Numbered from the stretch's first letter, positions 16,551-26,450 are shown. The stretch: 32,000 nt of DNA from Aeropyrum pernix K1 (GCF_000011125.1 NC_000854.2:1020001-1052000); one strand, 5' to 3'. Numbers and translations: made by a program. The notes: generated by a model from the letters alone, not told the origin.

Positions 16551-16627
16551 TCAAAGCCTCTCGAATGGAGTTTTTACATTTTCACTCTCCATTGATTATA
16601 GCTTGAGTTTGGGGGAGAGGGTGGACC

Positions 16628-17494
16628 GTGCCCCTGTCTAGCCTTCTCCAGGACAATAGGGTTAAGGCGTGGCTCCTGCTGTCGCCAACTATACTCTATC
16701 TCGCGGTCTTCATTGCATACCCCATCATAGACTCTTTCAGGATAGCTTTCGTCAAGAACGGTAGCATATCGTTCGAGGCTGTCGACTTCCTTCTATACAG
16801 CCCTCTCTCCGAGTTCTGGAGCGCTCTCAAGTACACCTTCCTCCTGGCCATACTCGTTATACCCACTGAGACACTGCTCGCTTTGACCGCTGTTATCCTC
16901 CTCTTCAAGCGGTTCAGGGGGAGAGACGCGGTTATCTACGTCCTCGTAATGCCGCTGGCGCTCAGCGACCTCGCCGCAGGCCTGATATGGTATTCGATGC
17001 TGACGGGGAAGGGGTTTCTCAACAAGCTACTCCTGAACATGGGTCTGATTAGCGATCCGATAATATTCTTCGGCTACGAGAACCGGTGGCTAACGTTCCT
17101 TGCCGTCTATCTCGCGGAGGTGTGGAGGTCGACTGCTATTGTCTTCGTGATACTCTTCGCCGGCGCCCAGCTTATAAACAAGGAGGTGTTCGAGGCCGCC
17201 GAGGTTTTCGGGGCCAGCTTCTACGTCAAGCTGAGGCACATCCTGATTCCGATGATAAAGCCGAGCCTCCAGGCGGCTCTCCTTATAAGGACCCTATTCG
17301 CCTTCCAGGTCTTCGCCGTGGTCTGGATACTCGCTGGGAGGGACATACCTGTGCTCGCGGGGGAGGCCTACTATAGCATCGTCGAGCTTCACAAGTATGA
17401 CGTGGCCGCGCTCTACGCTATAGTGATAGCACTACTATCCGCCTCCATAGGAGTCGTCTACATCAGGGTGTTCAGGGAGACCCTCCTGAGGTGA
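16628..17494 (+). CDS. ABC transporter permease, MalF/UgpA-like
   Basis: 288-aa polytopic ORF; EAAEVFGASFYVKLRHILIPMIKPSLQAALLIRTLFAFQVFAVVWIL (permease EAA loop). Confidence 0.93.
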   Translation: MPLSSLLQDNRVKAWLLLSPTILYLAVFIAYPIIDSFRIAFVKNGSISFEAVDFLLYSPLSEFWSALKYTFLLAILVIPTETLLALTAVILLFKRFRGRDAVIYVLVMPLALSDLAAGLIWYSMLTGKGFLNKLLLNMGLISDPIIFFGYENRWLTFLAVYLAEVWRSTAIVFVILFAGAQLINKEVFEAAEVFGASFYVKLRHILIPMIKPSLQAALLIRTLFAFQVFAVVWILAGRDIPVLAGEAYYSIVELHKYDVAALYAIVIALLSASIGVVYIRVFRETLLR

Positions 17495-17501
17495 TGATGA
17501 C

Positions 17502-18314
17502 ATGGTATCGGCGCCTGCCTGGATAGGCGAGCTGGCGAGGTATGCGTTCCTAGCGGTACTCGTATCCTGGATACTCGTCCCCCTGGCTATATCGATAGTA
17601 TACGCCTTCACACCCCTAGACGTCTACTACTCCAACGCAATACTAACCACCTCTTTCACCCTAGACCATGTTAAAACGCTCTGGATACTAGGGGCTGGGG
17701 AGGCCTTCCTCAGGAGCGTCGCAGTCGGGGCCATGACGGTGGGGATAAGCTTCCTCCTAGGCCTCCCAGGAGGCTACGCCCTAGCCAGGTACGTGTTCCC
17801 TGGTAGGGATGCGGTGAAGCTAGCCATAATAGCCACCAGGATGTTCCCTATAATAGTGATATCCGTCTCCCTTCTCAAAACCTTCTTCAACCTAGGTCTG
17901 AACGACACACTGATAGGCCTGGCCCTCGCCCACACAGCTATGGCCCTCCCCTTCGTAGTTATTATAACAGGCTCGATATTCGGAGGTATTCCAAGGGATC
18001 TGGAGGAGGCCGGCATGATATTCGGCCTTTCAAGCATCATGGTGTTCCTCAGGATAACCCTGCCACTAGCGGCCCCAGGCCTTACGGCTGCAGGCATGTT
18101 CACCTTCCTCCTCTCGTGGAACGAGGTTTTCATGGCGTCAGTCTTGACGCTCGTCAACAGGACTCTTCCAGCCTTCATACTCAACAGCGCCTTCGCCACG
18201 CCGATAGAGCCTATAAGGTTCGCCGCGGCGTTCATGCTCATACTCCCTGCCCTGGTGTTTATGTTCCTGGCGAGGCGCTACCTCGTGACCATGTGGGCTA
18301 TGGCGGCGAGGTGA
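17502..18314 (+). CDS. ABC transporter permease, MalG/UgpE-like
   Basis: 270-aa polytopic ORF; GGIPRDLEEAGMIFGLSSIMVFLRITLPLAAPGLTAAGMFTFLLSWNEVFMA. Confidence 0.93.
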   Translation: MVSAPAWIGELARYAFLAVLVSWILVPLAISIVYAFTPLDVYYSNAILTTSFTLDHVKTLWILGAGEAFLRSVAVGAMTVGISFLLGLPGGYALARYVFPGRDAVKLAIIATRMFPIIVISVSLLKTFFNLGLNDTLIGLALAHTAMALPFVVIITGSIFGGIPRDLEEAGMIFGLSSIMVFLRITLPLAAPGLTAAGMFTFLLSWNEVFMASVLTLVNRTLPAFILNSAFATPIEPIRFAAAFMLILPALVFMFLARRYLVTMWAMAAR

Positions 18315-19379
18315 GTGGTCGTGGCTGGCGTGAGGCTAGAGGGCATAGTAAAGAGGTTCGGTAAGACTGTGGCGCTCAAGGGCATAGACCTAGAGATTAA
18401 GGACGGGGAGGCGGTTGTACTGCTCGGCCCTAGCGGCTGCGGGAAGACAACAACGCTCAGGATAGTGGCTGGGCTTGAGAGGCCGGACGCTGGGAGGGTG
18501 TACTTCGACGGCAGGGACGTGACGGGGCTGCCGCCTAAGGATAGGAATGTTGCCATGGTGTTCCAGAGCTACGCTCTCTGGCCTCATATGAGGGTGTTCG
18601 ACAACATCGCTTTCCCGCTTAAGATCAAAAAGCTTCCGAGGGACGAGATTGTTAGGCGTGTTAGGTGGGCTGCGGAGCTTTTGGAGATTGATCATCTTTT
18701 GGATCGTTATCCCCACCAGCTGAGCGGGGGGCAGCAGCAGAGGGTTGCGGTGGCCAGGGCCATAGTGACGGAGCCCGAGGTCCTCCTCATGGACGAGCCC
18801 CTAAGCAACCTAGACGCTATCCTCAGGATTAAGATGAGGAGCGAGATAAAGAAGCTGCAGAGGAGGCTGGGGGTCACTATGATATATGTAACCCACGATC
18901 AGGTGGAGGCCATGGTCATAGGCGATAGGATCGTGGTCATGAACTTCGGGGAAATACAGCAGGTAGGCACCCCCTCAGATGTGTACCACAGGCCGGCGAA
19001 CACGTTTGTGGCAACCTTCATAGGCTCGCCCCAGATGAACCTGTTCAGCGGAAAGGTAGCTGGTGGCAGGCTAGAAGCCCTAGGCGGCATAGTGGAGGGC
19101 GTGGGGCTACCCGACGGGGAGGTTCTTGTGGGTGTGAGGCCCGAGGACGTGGCGCTCGGCAAGGGGGATCTGACGTTCGAGGCTTACGTGGACTTCGTCG
19201 AGGACCTCGGATCCGACTCCGTGGTACATCTCAAAACCCAATCAGGCCAGGTTATCGTGGCCAAACTATCCGGGGGTGAGCCACCCAGCCCTGGCTCAAG
19301 GGTTATAGCAGGGGTAAGCAGAGAGAAAATCCACATATTCGACAAGGAGAGTGGGAAGGCTATAACACACGGAGTCTAG
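18315..19379 (+). CDS. ABC transporter ATP-binding protein, MalK/UgpC-like
   Basis: 354-aa ORF; Walker [17 protein letters not shown], signature [15 protein letters not shown], Walker [19 protein letters not shown]-like C-terminus. Confidence 0.96.
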   Translation: MVVAGVRLEGIVKRFGKTVALKGIDLEIKDGEAVVLLGPSGCGKTTTLRIVAGLERPDAGRVYFDGRDVTGLPPKDRNVAMVFQSYALWPHMRVFDNIAFPLKIKKLPRDEIVRRVRWAAELLEIDHLLDRYPHQLSGGQQQRVAVARAIVTEPEVLLMDEPLSNLDAILRIKMRSEIKKLQRRLGVTMIYVTHDQVEAMVIGDRIVVMNFGEIQQVGTPSDVYHRPANTFVATFIGSPQMNLFSGKVAGGRLEALGGIVEGVGLPDGEVLVGVRPEDVALGKGDLTFEAYVDFVEDLGSDSVVHLKTQSGQVIVAKLSGGEPPSPGSRVIAGVSREKIHIFDKESGKAITHGV

Positions 19380-19518
19380 CCGGCCAACCCGTATGTTCCA
19401 GGCATATTTACCGTGTTGCTAGACGGCTTTAAACACTCTCGGCTACACACCATCGGCCGCCTCGCCCGGCTAGAATAGCGGTATCTCCACTGCGAGTTGT
19501 GCAAAAGAGAGTTCTGCC

Positions 19519-20457
19519 TCAACTAGATGCGCTTCTACCGACTCCCCATCTTTGCCAGACGGATATCAAGAGTTCCTGAAGGGTCTTAGCCGCCAGCAGG
19601 GAGGTGGCCCCGCCTGGATCGTAGGGAGGGGAAACCTCAACTACATCAATCCCGCAAACCCTCCTGTCACCCAGCTGCGAAGCCAGCGCTAAACCCTCCC
19701 TGGAGCTGGCCCCCCCGGGCTCGGGGTTTCCAACGCCTGGAGCGTAGGCTGGGTCGTAGAAATCCATGTCTATGCTTATGTAGATTTTCTCGCAGTCGCC
19801 GGTGAAGCGGCGGGCAGCTAATACAGCGCCATCGACGCCCACGATATCCATTCTCCTCATAGGAACATAGTCGATAAGCCCCGACTCGACCGCCAGCCTC
19901 TCCTCGCCCGCCTCGTAAGCCCTAACCCCTATGTACAGCAGCTTTACGCCCAGCTCCTCCAGGACCCTTCTAAACACTGTCGCGTGGCTAAACCTCTCCC
20001 CTAGATAGTCGTTCCTAAGGTCGAAGTGGGCGTCGAGGACGACAACGCAGGGTTTAACGCCTGCTGCTGCAAGCCCTCTAAGCGCACCCAGAGTTACTAG
20101 GTGCTCGCCACCCAGCACCACAGGCACTTTACCCTCACGGGCCAGGTCCTCAACAACCCTCGCGACCCTCTCGAGCGTAAGCAGGGTGCTGCCGGGGACC
20201 GCTGCCACATCACCCTCGTCGGCTATAGGAACACGGTCTATGTCTCCCTCGACGTAGTAGCCGTTGGACTCTAGCTCGATTGAAGCCCGCCTAATCTCCC
20301 TGGGGGCGAACCTCTGGCCAGGCCTGAAGGAGGATGTGGAGTCGTAGGGAACCCCTATAACGCTGAAGAGGCTTTCCTCCCTGCTCCTCTGAATGCCGAA
20401 GACAGGCTCGGGAGGCCTCAGCAGGTAAAGGTCCCTGGCCCTCGAACCGGTCTCCAC
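19519..20457 (-). CDS. speB: Agmatinase/arginase (ureohydrolase) family protein; start uncertain (track ORF extends to 20547)
   Basis: VIGVPYDSTSSFRPGQRFAPREIR, VVLGGEHLVTLGA, VVLDAHFDLRNDY, ISIDMDFYDPAYAPGVGNPEPGG and VCGIDVVEVSPPYD. In-frame GTG at 20457 lies shortly downstream of CCATATATC (20471-20480). Confidence 0.85.
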   Translation of the reverse strand: METGSRARDLYLLRPPEPVFGIQRSREESLFSVIGVPYDSTSSFRPGQRFAPREIRRASIELESNGYYVEGDIDRVPIADEGDVAAVPGSTLLTLERVARVVEDLAREGKVPVVLGGEHLVTLGALRGLAAAGVKPCVVVLDAHFDLRNDYLGERFSHATVFRRVLEELGVKLLYIGVRAYEAGEERLAVESGLIDYVPMRRMDIVGVDGAVLAARRFTGDCEKIYISIDMDFYDPAYAPGVGNPEPGGASSREGLALASQLGDRRVCGIDVVEVSPPYDPGGATSLLAAKTLQELLISVWQRWGVGRSASS

Positions 20458-20567
20458 ACGACCACCCGAAAGATATATGGTGAGGGGGTTGAGAGCTGTT
20501 ATTCTAGAGGCGCCGTCCACAATAATAGCCCCCATGAGGCTTACCAAGCTTGTAGGGTGCGGGTGCA

Positions 20568-22319
20568 GTGGCTGAGGACCTTTTCGAGAAGCTCGTTGAG
20601 ATAGGTAAGAGGAGAGGGTTCTTCTGGCCCTCCTACGAGATCTACGGCGGGGTGGCAGGCTTCTACGACTGGGGGCCGCTGGGCCACCTCTTGAAGAGGA
20701 GGATTATAGAGAAGTGGAGAAGATACTTCGTCCTCATGCACCAGGACCACGTGGTGGAGATTGAGACCCCGGTTATAGGTCCTGAGAAGGTCTACATCGC
20801 CAGCGGCCACGTAGAGCACTTCACCGACCCGATAGTCAGGTGTACAAGCTGCGGTAGGACATTTAGGGCTGACCATCTTGTTGAGGAGGCTCTAGGCATT
20901 AACGCTGAGGGGCTTAGCGTCTCGGAGCTCGACAGGATTATAAGGGAGAGGGGTCTCAGGTGCCCCGTGTGCCAGGGCGAGCTGGGGAGGGTTGAAACGT
21001 TCAACCTACTATTCAGGACGCAGATAGGCCCCTACGAGGGGAGCGTGGGGTATCTAAGGCCCGAGCTAGCCCAGGGCATCTTCGTCGCTTTCAAGAGGGT
21101 CTATGAGGCTATGAGGAGCAGGATACCCCTGGGTATAGCGCAGGTCGGCAGGGTAGGGAGGAACGAGATCAGCCCTAGACAGGCTCTGGTGAGGCTCAGA
21201 GAGTTCACCATCATGGAGATGGAGTACTTCATAGACCCCGAAGACCAGTGGGGGAGCTGCCCCTTCTTCCACAGGATGGCTGACTCGAAGCTTCCCATAC
21301 TGACTTACGAGGCGAAGAGGAGGGGTGAGGAGAAGCCGGAGAGCTTCAAGCTGGAGGAGGCTGTCAACGAGGGGGTGGTTATCAGCCCGTGCCTAGGCTA
21401 TTGGATGGCCGTGGGCATGAGGTTCGTCGAGGACCTGGGGGTGCCGAGCGATAGCATCATGTTCGAGGAGAAGGGGCCCGAGGAGAGGGCCCACTACTCA
21501 AGCCAGACCTTCGACCAGCTGGTTAAGGTGTCCAGGTGGGGGTGGATAGAGGTTGCCGGCCACAGCTACAGGGGCGACTACGACCTCTCGAGGCATATGA
21601 AGTACAGCGGGCAGGACCTGACAGCGTTCAAGCCGTACCCCAAGCCTATAGTCGTCAAGAAGAGAAGGGTTGTCGTGGACAAAGCGGCCATAGGTAGGGC
21701 CCTCAAGTCCCGGGCCAAGACCGTGCTCGAGGAGCTCGGCAGGATGGGCGAGGGGGAGCTTGAGAGGCTTGCCGCCAGCAACAGAGCCGTCGTGGCCGGA
21801 GTAGAGCTGCCGCCTGGGTCTCTGAGGATAGTCGAGGTGGAGGAGAAGGTCTCGGGCAGGAGGTTCGTGCCCCACGTAGTCGAGCCCTCCTTCGGCACTG
21901 ACAGGAACGTGTATGTCGCGCTAGAGTACGCCTACAGGGAGGTTGAGGGGCGTGTCGTCCTCGCATTCCCCCGGGATATAGCGCCCGTCCAGGCCGTTGT
22001 ACTCCCATTGGTGGAGAATGATGAGAAGCTCGTTGAGAGGGCCAGGATGGTCTACGAAACCCTTGTTGAAGCAGGGTTTACAGTGTACTACGACGACTCC
22101 GGCAGCATAGGGAGGAGGTATGCAAGGGCCGACGAGATAGGCGTTCCGGCGGCCGTGACTATCGACTACCAAACACTAGAGGACGGCACGGTGACGCTGA
22201 GGGACAGGGACACGTGGAGGCAGGTTAGGATAGGTGCGGATGAGGTTGTAGACAAGCTAAGGAGGTTCATCTACGATGGCGCCAGGCTTGAGGACCTGGG
22301 GACGCCTGTTAAGCCGTAG
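20568..22319 (+). CDS. glyS: Glycyl-tRNA synthetase
   Basis: 583-aa ORF; RRGFFWPSYEIYGGVAGFYDWGPLGHLLKRRI, YLRPELAQGIFVAFKRV, QVGRVGRNEISPRQALVRLREFTIMEMEYF, HVVEPSFGTDRNVYVALEYAY. GTG start. Confidence 0.97.
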   Translation: MAEDLFEKLVEIGKRRGFFWPSYEIYGGVAGFYDWGPLGHLLKRRIIEKWRRYFVLMHQDHVVEIETPVIGPEKVYIASGHVEHFTDPIVRCTSCGRTFRADHLVEEALGINAEGLSVSELDRIIRERGLRCPVCQGELGRVETFNLLFRTQIGPYEGSVGYLRPELAQGIFVAFKRVYEAMRSRIPLGIAQVGRVGRNEISPRQALVRLREFTIMEMEYFIDPEDQWGSCPFFHRMADSKLPILTYEAKRRGEEKPESFKLEEAVNEGVVISPCLGYWMAVGMRFVEDLGVPSDSIMFEEKGPEERAHYSSQTFDQLVKVSRWGWIEVAGHSYRGDYDLSRHMKYSGQDLTAFKPYPKPIVVKKRRVVVDKAAIGRALKSRAKTVLEELGRMGEGELERLAASNRAVVAGVELPPGSLRIVEVEEKVSGRRFVPHVVEPSFGTDRNVYVALEYAYREVEGRVVLAFPRDIAPVQAVVLPLVENDEKLVERARMVYETLVEAGFTVYYDDSGSIGRRYARADEIGVPAAVTIDYQTLEDGTVTLRDRDTWRQVRIGADEVVDKLRRFIYDGARLEDLGTPVKP

Positions 22320-22380
22320 ACGCTTTATAACTCGCCGTCCCACTAGATATTATTAAGGCCTTGGGATCTGTCTCGGAGAG

Positions 22381-22818
22381 GTGAGGCTGTGGATGGATAG
22401 TGAGAGCAAGCAGGGGTCTGAAGGGGCTCCAGCCCCGGAGGAGGAGGTGAAGCCTGACAGGCCGAAGGCCCCCATATCAAGGCTTGTGGAGATGGTGCCT
22501 TCAGCATCGTCCCTTAGAGAGGAGAGGAGGCCTAGGGAGAAGAGGATAAGGCTCAGGTACGACCCGAGGCTGAAGCCTGAGGAGGCAAGGATAAGCCCGA
22601 GCCTCGCGAAAGAACTTGGTATAGAGGATTTCCTCGAGATTACAGTAGCCCATAGGCACAGGTTCGCCTTCAAGGCCATAATAGATGAGGAGGCGGAGCC
22701 GAACAGGGTTTACGTGAACCCTGACCTAATGGAGGAACACGGCATTGCCGACAACAGCATAGCCACGGTTAGACCCTACCGCGGAGGGGAGAAGCTGGGA
22801 GTCAGGCTCGAGGTATAG
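22381..22818 (+). CDS. Conserved-looking archaeal hypothetical protein, possible beta-barrel C-terminal domain
   Basis: 145-aa ORF; low-complexity acidic/proline-rich N-terminus, then RIRLRYDPRLKPEEARISPSLAKELGIEDFLEITVAHRHRFAFKAIIDEEAEPNRVYVNPDLMEEHGIADNSIATVRPYRGG. Confidence 0.75.
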   Translation: MRLWMDSESKQGSEGAPAPEEEVKPDRPKAPISRLVEMVPSASSLREERRPREKRIRLRYDPRLKPEEARISPSLAKELGIEDFLEITVAHRHRFAFKAIIDEEAEPNRVYVNPDLMEEHGIADNSIATVRPYRGGEKLGVRLEV

Positions 22819-22888
22819 GAGCCCCGGGATCTTAGGGAGACACCGTAGCCTCCTTCCATGCTCCTAGAACGCCTGGGGGTAATAGGCT

Positions 22889-23326
22889 TTGGAGGATAAG
22901 GATCTACTCAAGGCTTATATTGAGAGGCTGGCTGCCGTGCTCCACGATCATCTGGCTACCGCTGAGGATCTGGAGGCCAACATAGGCGTCGCCGGCTCGG
23001 GCGGGGGCGCGGAGGGTGTTGCTGACGGTGTGGCGAGTCTCAAAACCCTGAGGTCCTCGCTCCTAGACATTATAGAGGGGGCCGTCGAAGTCGCAGCCCG
23101 CATAGGGGCTGCAGGAATTGATAAGGAGGATCTGCTTGACCTCTACGCTCTAGTGGCCTACTACTTTGAGGCGGGACTCTGGAGGGAGAGTACACTGCTT
23201 AGAGAGGCTGGTAGGCATGTTGAGGCGGGTGGCGAAAGCCTACTGGTTAACGAGGCTAAGGAGAGGCTGCGGAACGTTATGGAGAGGCTGGAGTCGCTTC
23301 TCCACGACGCCGGGATCAAAACCTAG
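22889..23326 (+). CDS. Hypothetical, mostly alpha-helical acidic protein
   Basis: 145-aa ORF, TTG start, co-directional between the 22381 gene and endA; no recognised motif. Confidence 0.7.
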   Translation: MEDKDLLKAYIERLAAVLHDHLATAEDLEANIGVAGSGGGAEGVADGVASLKTLRSSLLDIIEGAVEVAARIGAAGIDKEDLLDLYALVAYYFEAGLWRESTLLREAGRHVEAGGESLLVNEAKERLRNVMERLESLLHDAGIKT

Positions 23327-23361
23327 CCTCGGCGTCCACGCCTCCGAGATGCAGGGTGTAG

Positions 23362-23925
23362 GTGTTGGGTGACAGATGCGCCCCGATTAAAGCCTCAGGA
23401 GTTCTAATAGGGGACTCCGTCCTCGTCACCGACGTGGAGCAGGCGAGATCCCTCTACAGCTGCGGGTACTATGGGCAGCCTCTTGACGTGGAGAAGCCGC
23501 GGGGCGCCGACTTCGAAGGCCCCCTCAGGCTAAGCCTTATAGAGTCCCTGTATCTCGCGGAGAAGGGCGTCCTGGAAGTGGCGAAACCCGATGGCTCCTC
23601 CGTGGGAGTTGAGGACCTCAGGACGGCGGTACGCGGCAACCCGAGGTTCTCAATGCTCTACAACATCTACAGGGACCTGCGGGAGAGGGGTTTTGTGGTG
23701 AGGAGCGGGCTCAAGTTCGGCAGCGACTTCGCGGTCTACAGGCTTGGCCCCGGCATAGACCACGCCCCCTTCATAGTACACGCTTACAGCCCCGAGGATA
23801 ACATAGATCCTGTTGAGATTGTGAGGGCTGGCAGGCTTAGCCATAGTGTCAGGAAGAAGTTCGTCTTCGCCGTGACCAGAGGGGGCGACGTCAGCTATCT
23901 CATGATAGACTGGTTCAGACCCTAA
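23362..23925 (+). CDS. endA: tRNA-splicing endonuclease (EndA family), catalytic-type subunit
   Basis: 187-aa ORF; [77 protein letters not shown], retaining candidate catalytic Tyr, His and Lys. Confidence 0.93.
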
Positions 23926-24515
23926 TCCCCCTCCTCGGGGCCCCGCCACCTCCGGTAGACATCTACCTTGACACCAAGGGCGTCGAGCACTTTCCCGGCG
24001 GCGAAGTCGACGAGGTCCTCGACGCTCGACGGTTTAATATAGAAGGAGAGGGTTAGAGGCACCACTATCCCTCCCATCCTCGCTATAGCAAGCATGTTCT
24101 CCAGCTCCACAACGCCAAGCGGCGTCTCCCTCGGCGCTACGACGAGCCTCCTACCAAGCCTTAGCACCGCTAGAGCCGCCCTCGCCGGGAGGCTGGAGGG
24201 TATGCCCCGGGCTATGAGGCCGACTGTCTTCATGCTGGCAGGCACTATAGCCATTGCATCCGGCTGGTTGCTACTGCTGGCCAGGGGGCTTGACATATCG
24301 TTCTCCATATAGAGGGGTGCGTAGGATCTCAGCAGCCTCCTGAGGTCCTCAGGCTCGATACCCTCCTCGTAGCGGGCGACCTCCTCGGCGCCCCGCGTTA
24401 GTATGATACCCCTGATCTCCACCTCGCCCTTCAGCGCCTCGAGCAGCCGCAGGGCTACTCTTACCCCGCTGCTGCCTGTCACGGCTATACTAACCGAGCT
24501 AGGTCTGCAGGACAC
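23922..24515 (-). CDS. ubiX: UbiX/Pad1-family flavin prenyltransferase
   Basis: 197-aa ORF; [79 protein letters not shown]. Confidence 0.93.
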
Positions 24516-25069
24516 TCTCCACCCTCCACCCCGAGGGCCTCCCTAACGCCCTTCTCCATGCCGCGGTAAGCCTCCTCCCCCCTGGCAACAAGTATTATGT
24601 ACCTAGGCCACTTACCCCTAAGTATAGAAGCCGCCATCGCCGCCTCCCTGGCTACCTCAGCCACACTCAACCCTCCCACGCCAGCGCCCATCGCCGGCAT
24701 GGCCACGCTCTCTATACCCGCCTCGGAGGCCAGCCTCAGGGCTGCATAGGATGCTTTGAAGGCGTTCACCAGTGGTATCCTCATGCCAGGCTCCTCCATA
24801 GTGGGGGCGTGTATGACGAACCTGGCGGGAAGGCTCCCTCCACTCGTTATCACCGCCTCGCCAACCGGCACGGGGGCCTTACGCATTGCCTCCTCCTCGA
24901 TCACACTCCCACCAGCCCTCTTCAGCGCCCCGGCAGCGCCGCCGCCCATTATCATTAGGCTGTTGGCGGGGTTGACGACAGCCTCCGCTCTGACCTTCGT
25001 CAGGTCGCCCATGGATACAGCGAGAACCCTATCTCCCAGAGTCCAGCACTTCAACCCCCGTCCCCACAT
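24485..25069 (-). CDS. Macro-domain protein (ADP-ribose-binding)
   Basis: 194-aa ORF; [41 protein letters not shown] and [20 protein letters not shown]. Overlaps ubiX by 31 nt. Confidence 0.95.
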
Positions 25070-25070
25070 C

Positions 25071-26354
25071 CTAAACTAGTATCCGCCCCCTAATTTCCTC
25101 GTGGTACTCCTCGCCAAGCTTAACCCTCCCGAATATGACTTTCCTCACCTCCCCCTGAAACCTGGTTTTGAAGGTTGCTGTCATAGTGTCAAGATCCACG
25201 TCAACTAGAAGGGCTGGGTGCTCGACGCCATCAGCATCCACAAGGGCCGCCAGGACACCCTTCATGCTGCCCCTCGAGACCACGAGGACCTCGCCCCCCG
25301 CCAGCTTCCTCACCGCACCCTTAATCTCGTGAGGCTCCACCTGCCTCTCGGAGTCTACTATTATGCAGACTCCCCCAGGGTATCTGGTCATGAGCTTTAC
25401 CGGGCTTCCTATCTGGGATTCTATGCTGGCCTTAAGCCTCTCATCCTCGAAGGGGGCTCCTCCTATGCACGCACCCTGTATTTTAACGCTCTTCAGGCTG
25501 ACCTCCCTCGTGCCGCCCTCGAGGAACCGGATGTAGTTCTCGCTCCTCAGCCTCCTCCTCTCGTCGACACCCCTTACAGCCTGCACCGAAGGGCTCCTGA
25601 CGTAGTAGACGTTGGACTCGAGGGACTTCTCGAGGAAGCCGTAGAGCTCGGGGTCTCCGACGACGACAACTGCATCGGCGTTGACGCCCCTCGCGAGGTC
25701 TATCTTGTACTCTAGGGCGCCCCACCCCTTGACCCACCCGTCAGTATCTACTGCAACGAATGCCGCCCCCTCCCCCCTAGCCCTAGCCCTGAGAGAGGCT
25801 ACTGCGGTCACAATCCTCCCCGCCACGGGCCCAGGCTCTATGGAGCCGACGAACCGAAGGGCAACTGGGTCTAGGAGCCTCAGCCATATAACCCAGCTGC
25901 CTGGCAGGCTGAGGCTCACGAATCCAGGAGGCCCTATGTCGGCCTGGCCGACGTCAGCGTCTATAATGCCTGTGGGTATGCCTCTGGCCAGGCTCCTGTT
26001 GGCTAGAACGGCGGTCAAGGAGGTTTTGCCAGCCTCAACCGGGCCTACCACCATTGCTGTACACTCGCGCCCACACTCCTCCAGTATCTTGTCTGCAGTG
26101 TGTATCCACTCCTCCAGAGGCTCCTCACCATCCTCCGGGATCTCCACCCTGGCCCTGCCCGACATTGAGACGCGGAGCCTAGCCGGCTTCAGGGCCTTGG
26201 CCAGGTAGCTCCTATACTCTCCTATCTCAACCCTGTCGCCAGCCGACAACTCTGCCCCCAGAATGGTGACTAGCCCCTCCTCAACCTCCACCCTGGCCGG
26301 GCCGAAGATCCTAACCGCCTCTCCCCCGCCTAGCTCCAGTGTTACTCCTGCCAA
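25071..26354 (-). CDS. Clp1/Grc3/Nol9-type polynucleotide 5'-hydroxyl kinase
   Basis: 427-aa ORF; P-loop VVGPVEAGKTSLTAVLANRSLARGIPTGIIDADVGQADIGPPGFVSLS, with a flanking beta-rich domain. Confidence 0.88.
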   Translation of the reverse strand: MAGVTLELGGGEAVRIFGPARVEVEEGLVTILGAELSAGDRVEIGEYRSYLAKALKPARLRVSMSGRARVEIPEDGEEPLEEWIHTADKILEECGRECTAMVVGPVEAGKTSLTAVLANRSLARGIPTGIIDADVGQADIGPPGFVSLSLPGSWVIWLRLLDPVALRFVGSIEPGPVAGRIVTAVASLRARARGEGAAFVAVDTDGWVKGWGALEYKIDLARGVNADAVVVVGDPELYGFLEKSLESNVYYVRSPSVQAVRGVDERRRLRSENYIRFLEGGTREVSLKSVKIQGACIGGAPFEDERLKASIESQIGSPVKLMTRYPGGVCIIVDSERQVEPHEIKGAVRKLAGGEVLVVSRGSMKGVLAALVDADGVEHPALLVDVDLDTMTATFKTRFQGEVRKVIFGRVKLGEEYHEEIRGRILV

Positions 26355-26425
26355 CCCGGCCCCCCGCTCATCTATTCAGGGCTTGCCCGGGCTGATACGT
26401 TTGCAATCCTGAGGGCACCAGGGCC

Positions 26426-26450
26426 CGCTGTATATATAGAATTTTATACA
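26426..26450. promoter_or_regulatory. AT-rich divergent promoter region between the polynucleotide kinase and radical SAM genes
   Basis: tgtatatatagaattttatacaatattt, with TATA-like elements on both strands. Confidence 0.5.

Noticed and set aside
17774-18241. 155-aa minus-strand ORF opposite the second permease
   Set aside because: Shadow ORF; the plus strand encodes a permease with a proper EAA loop.
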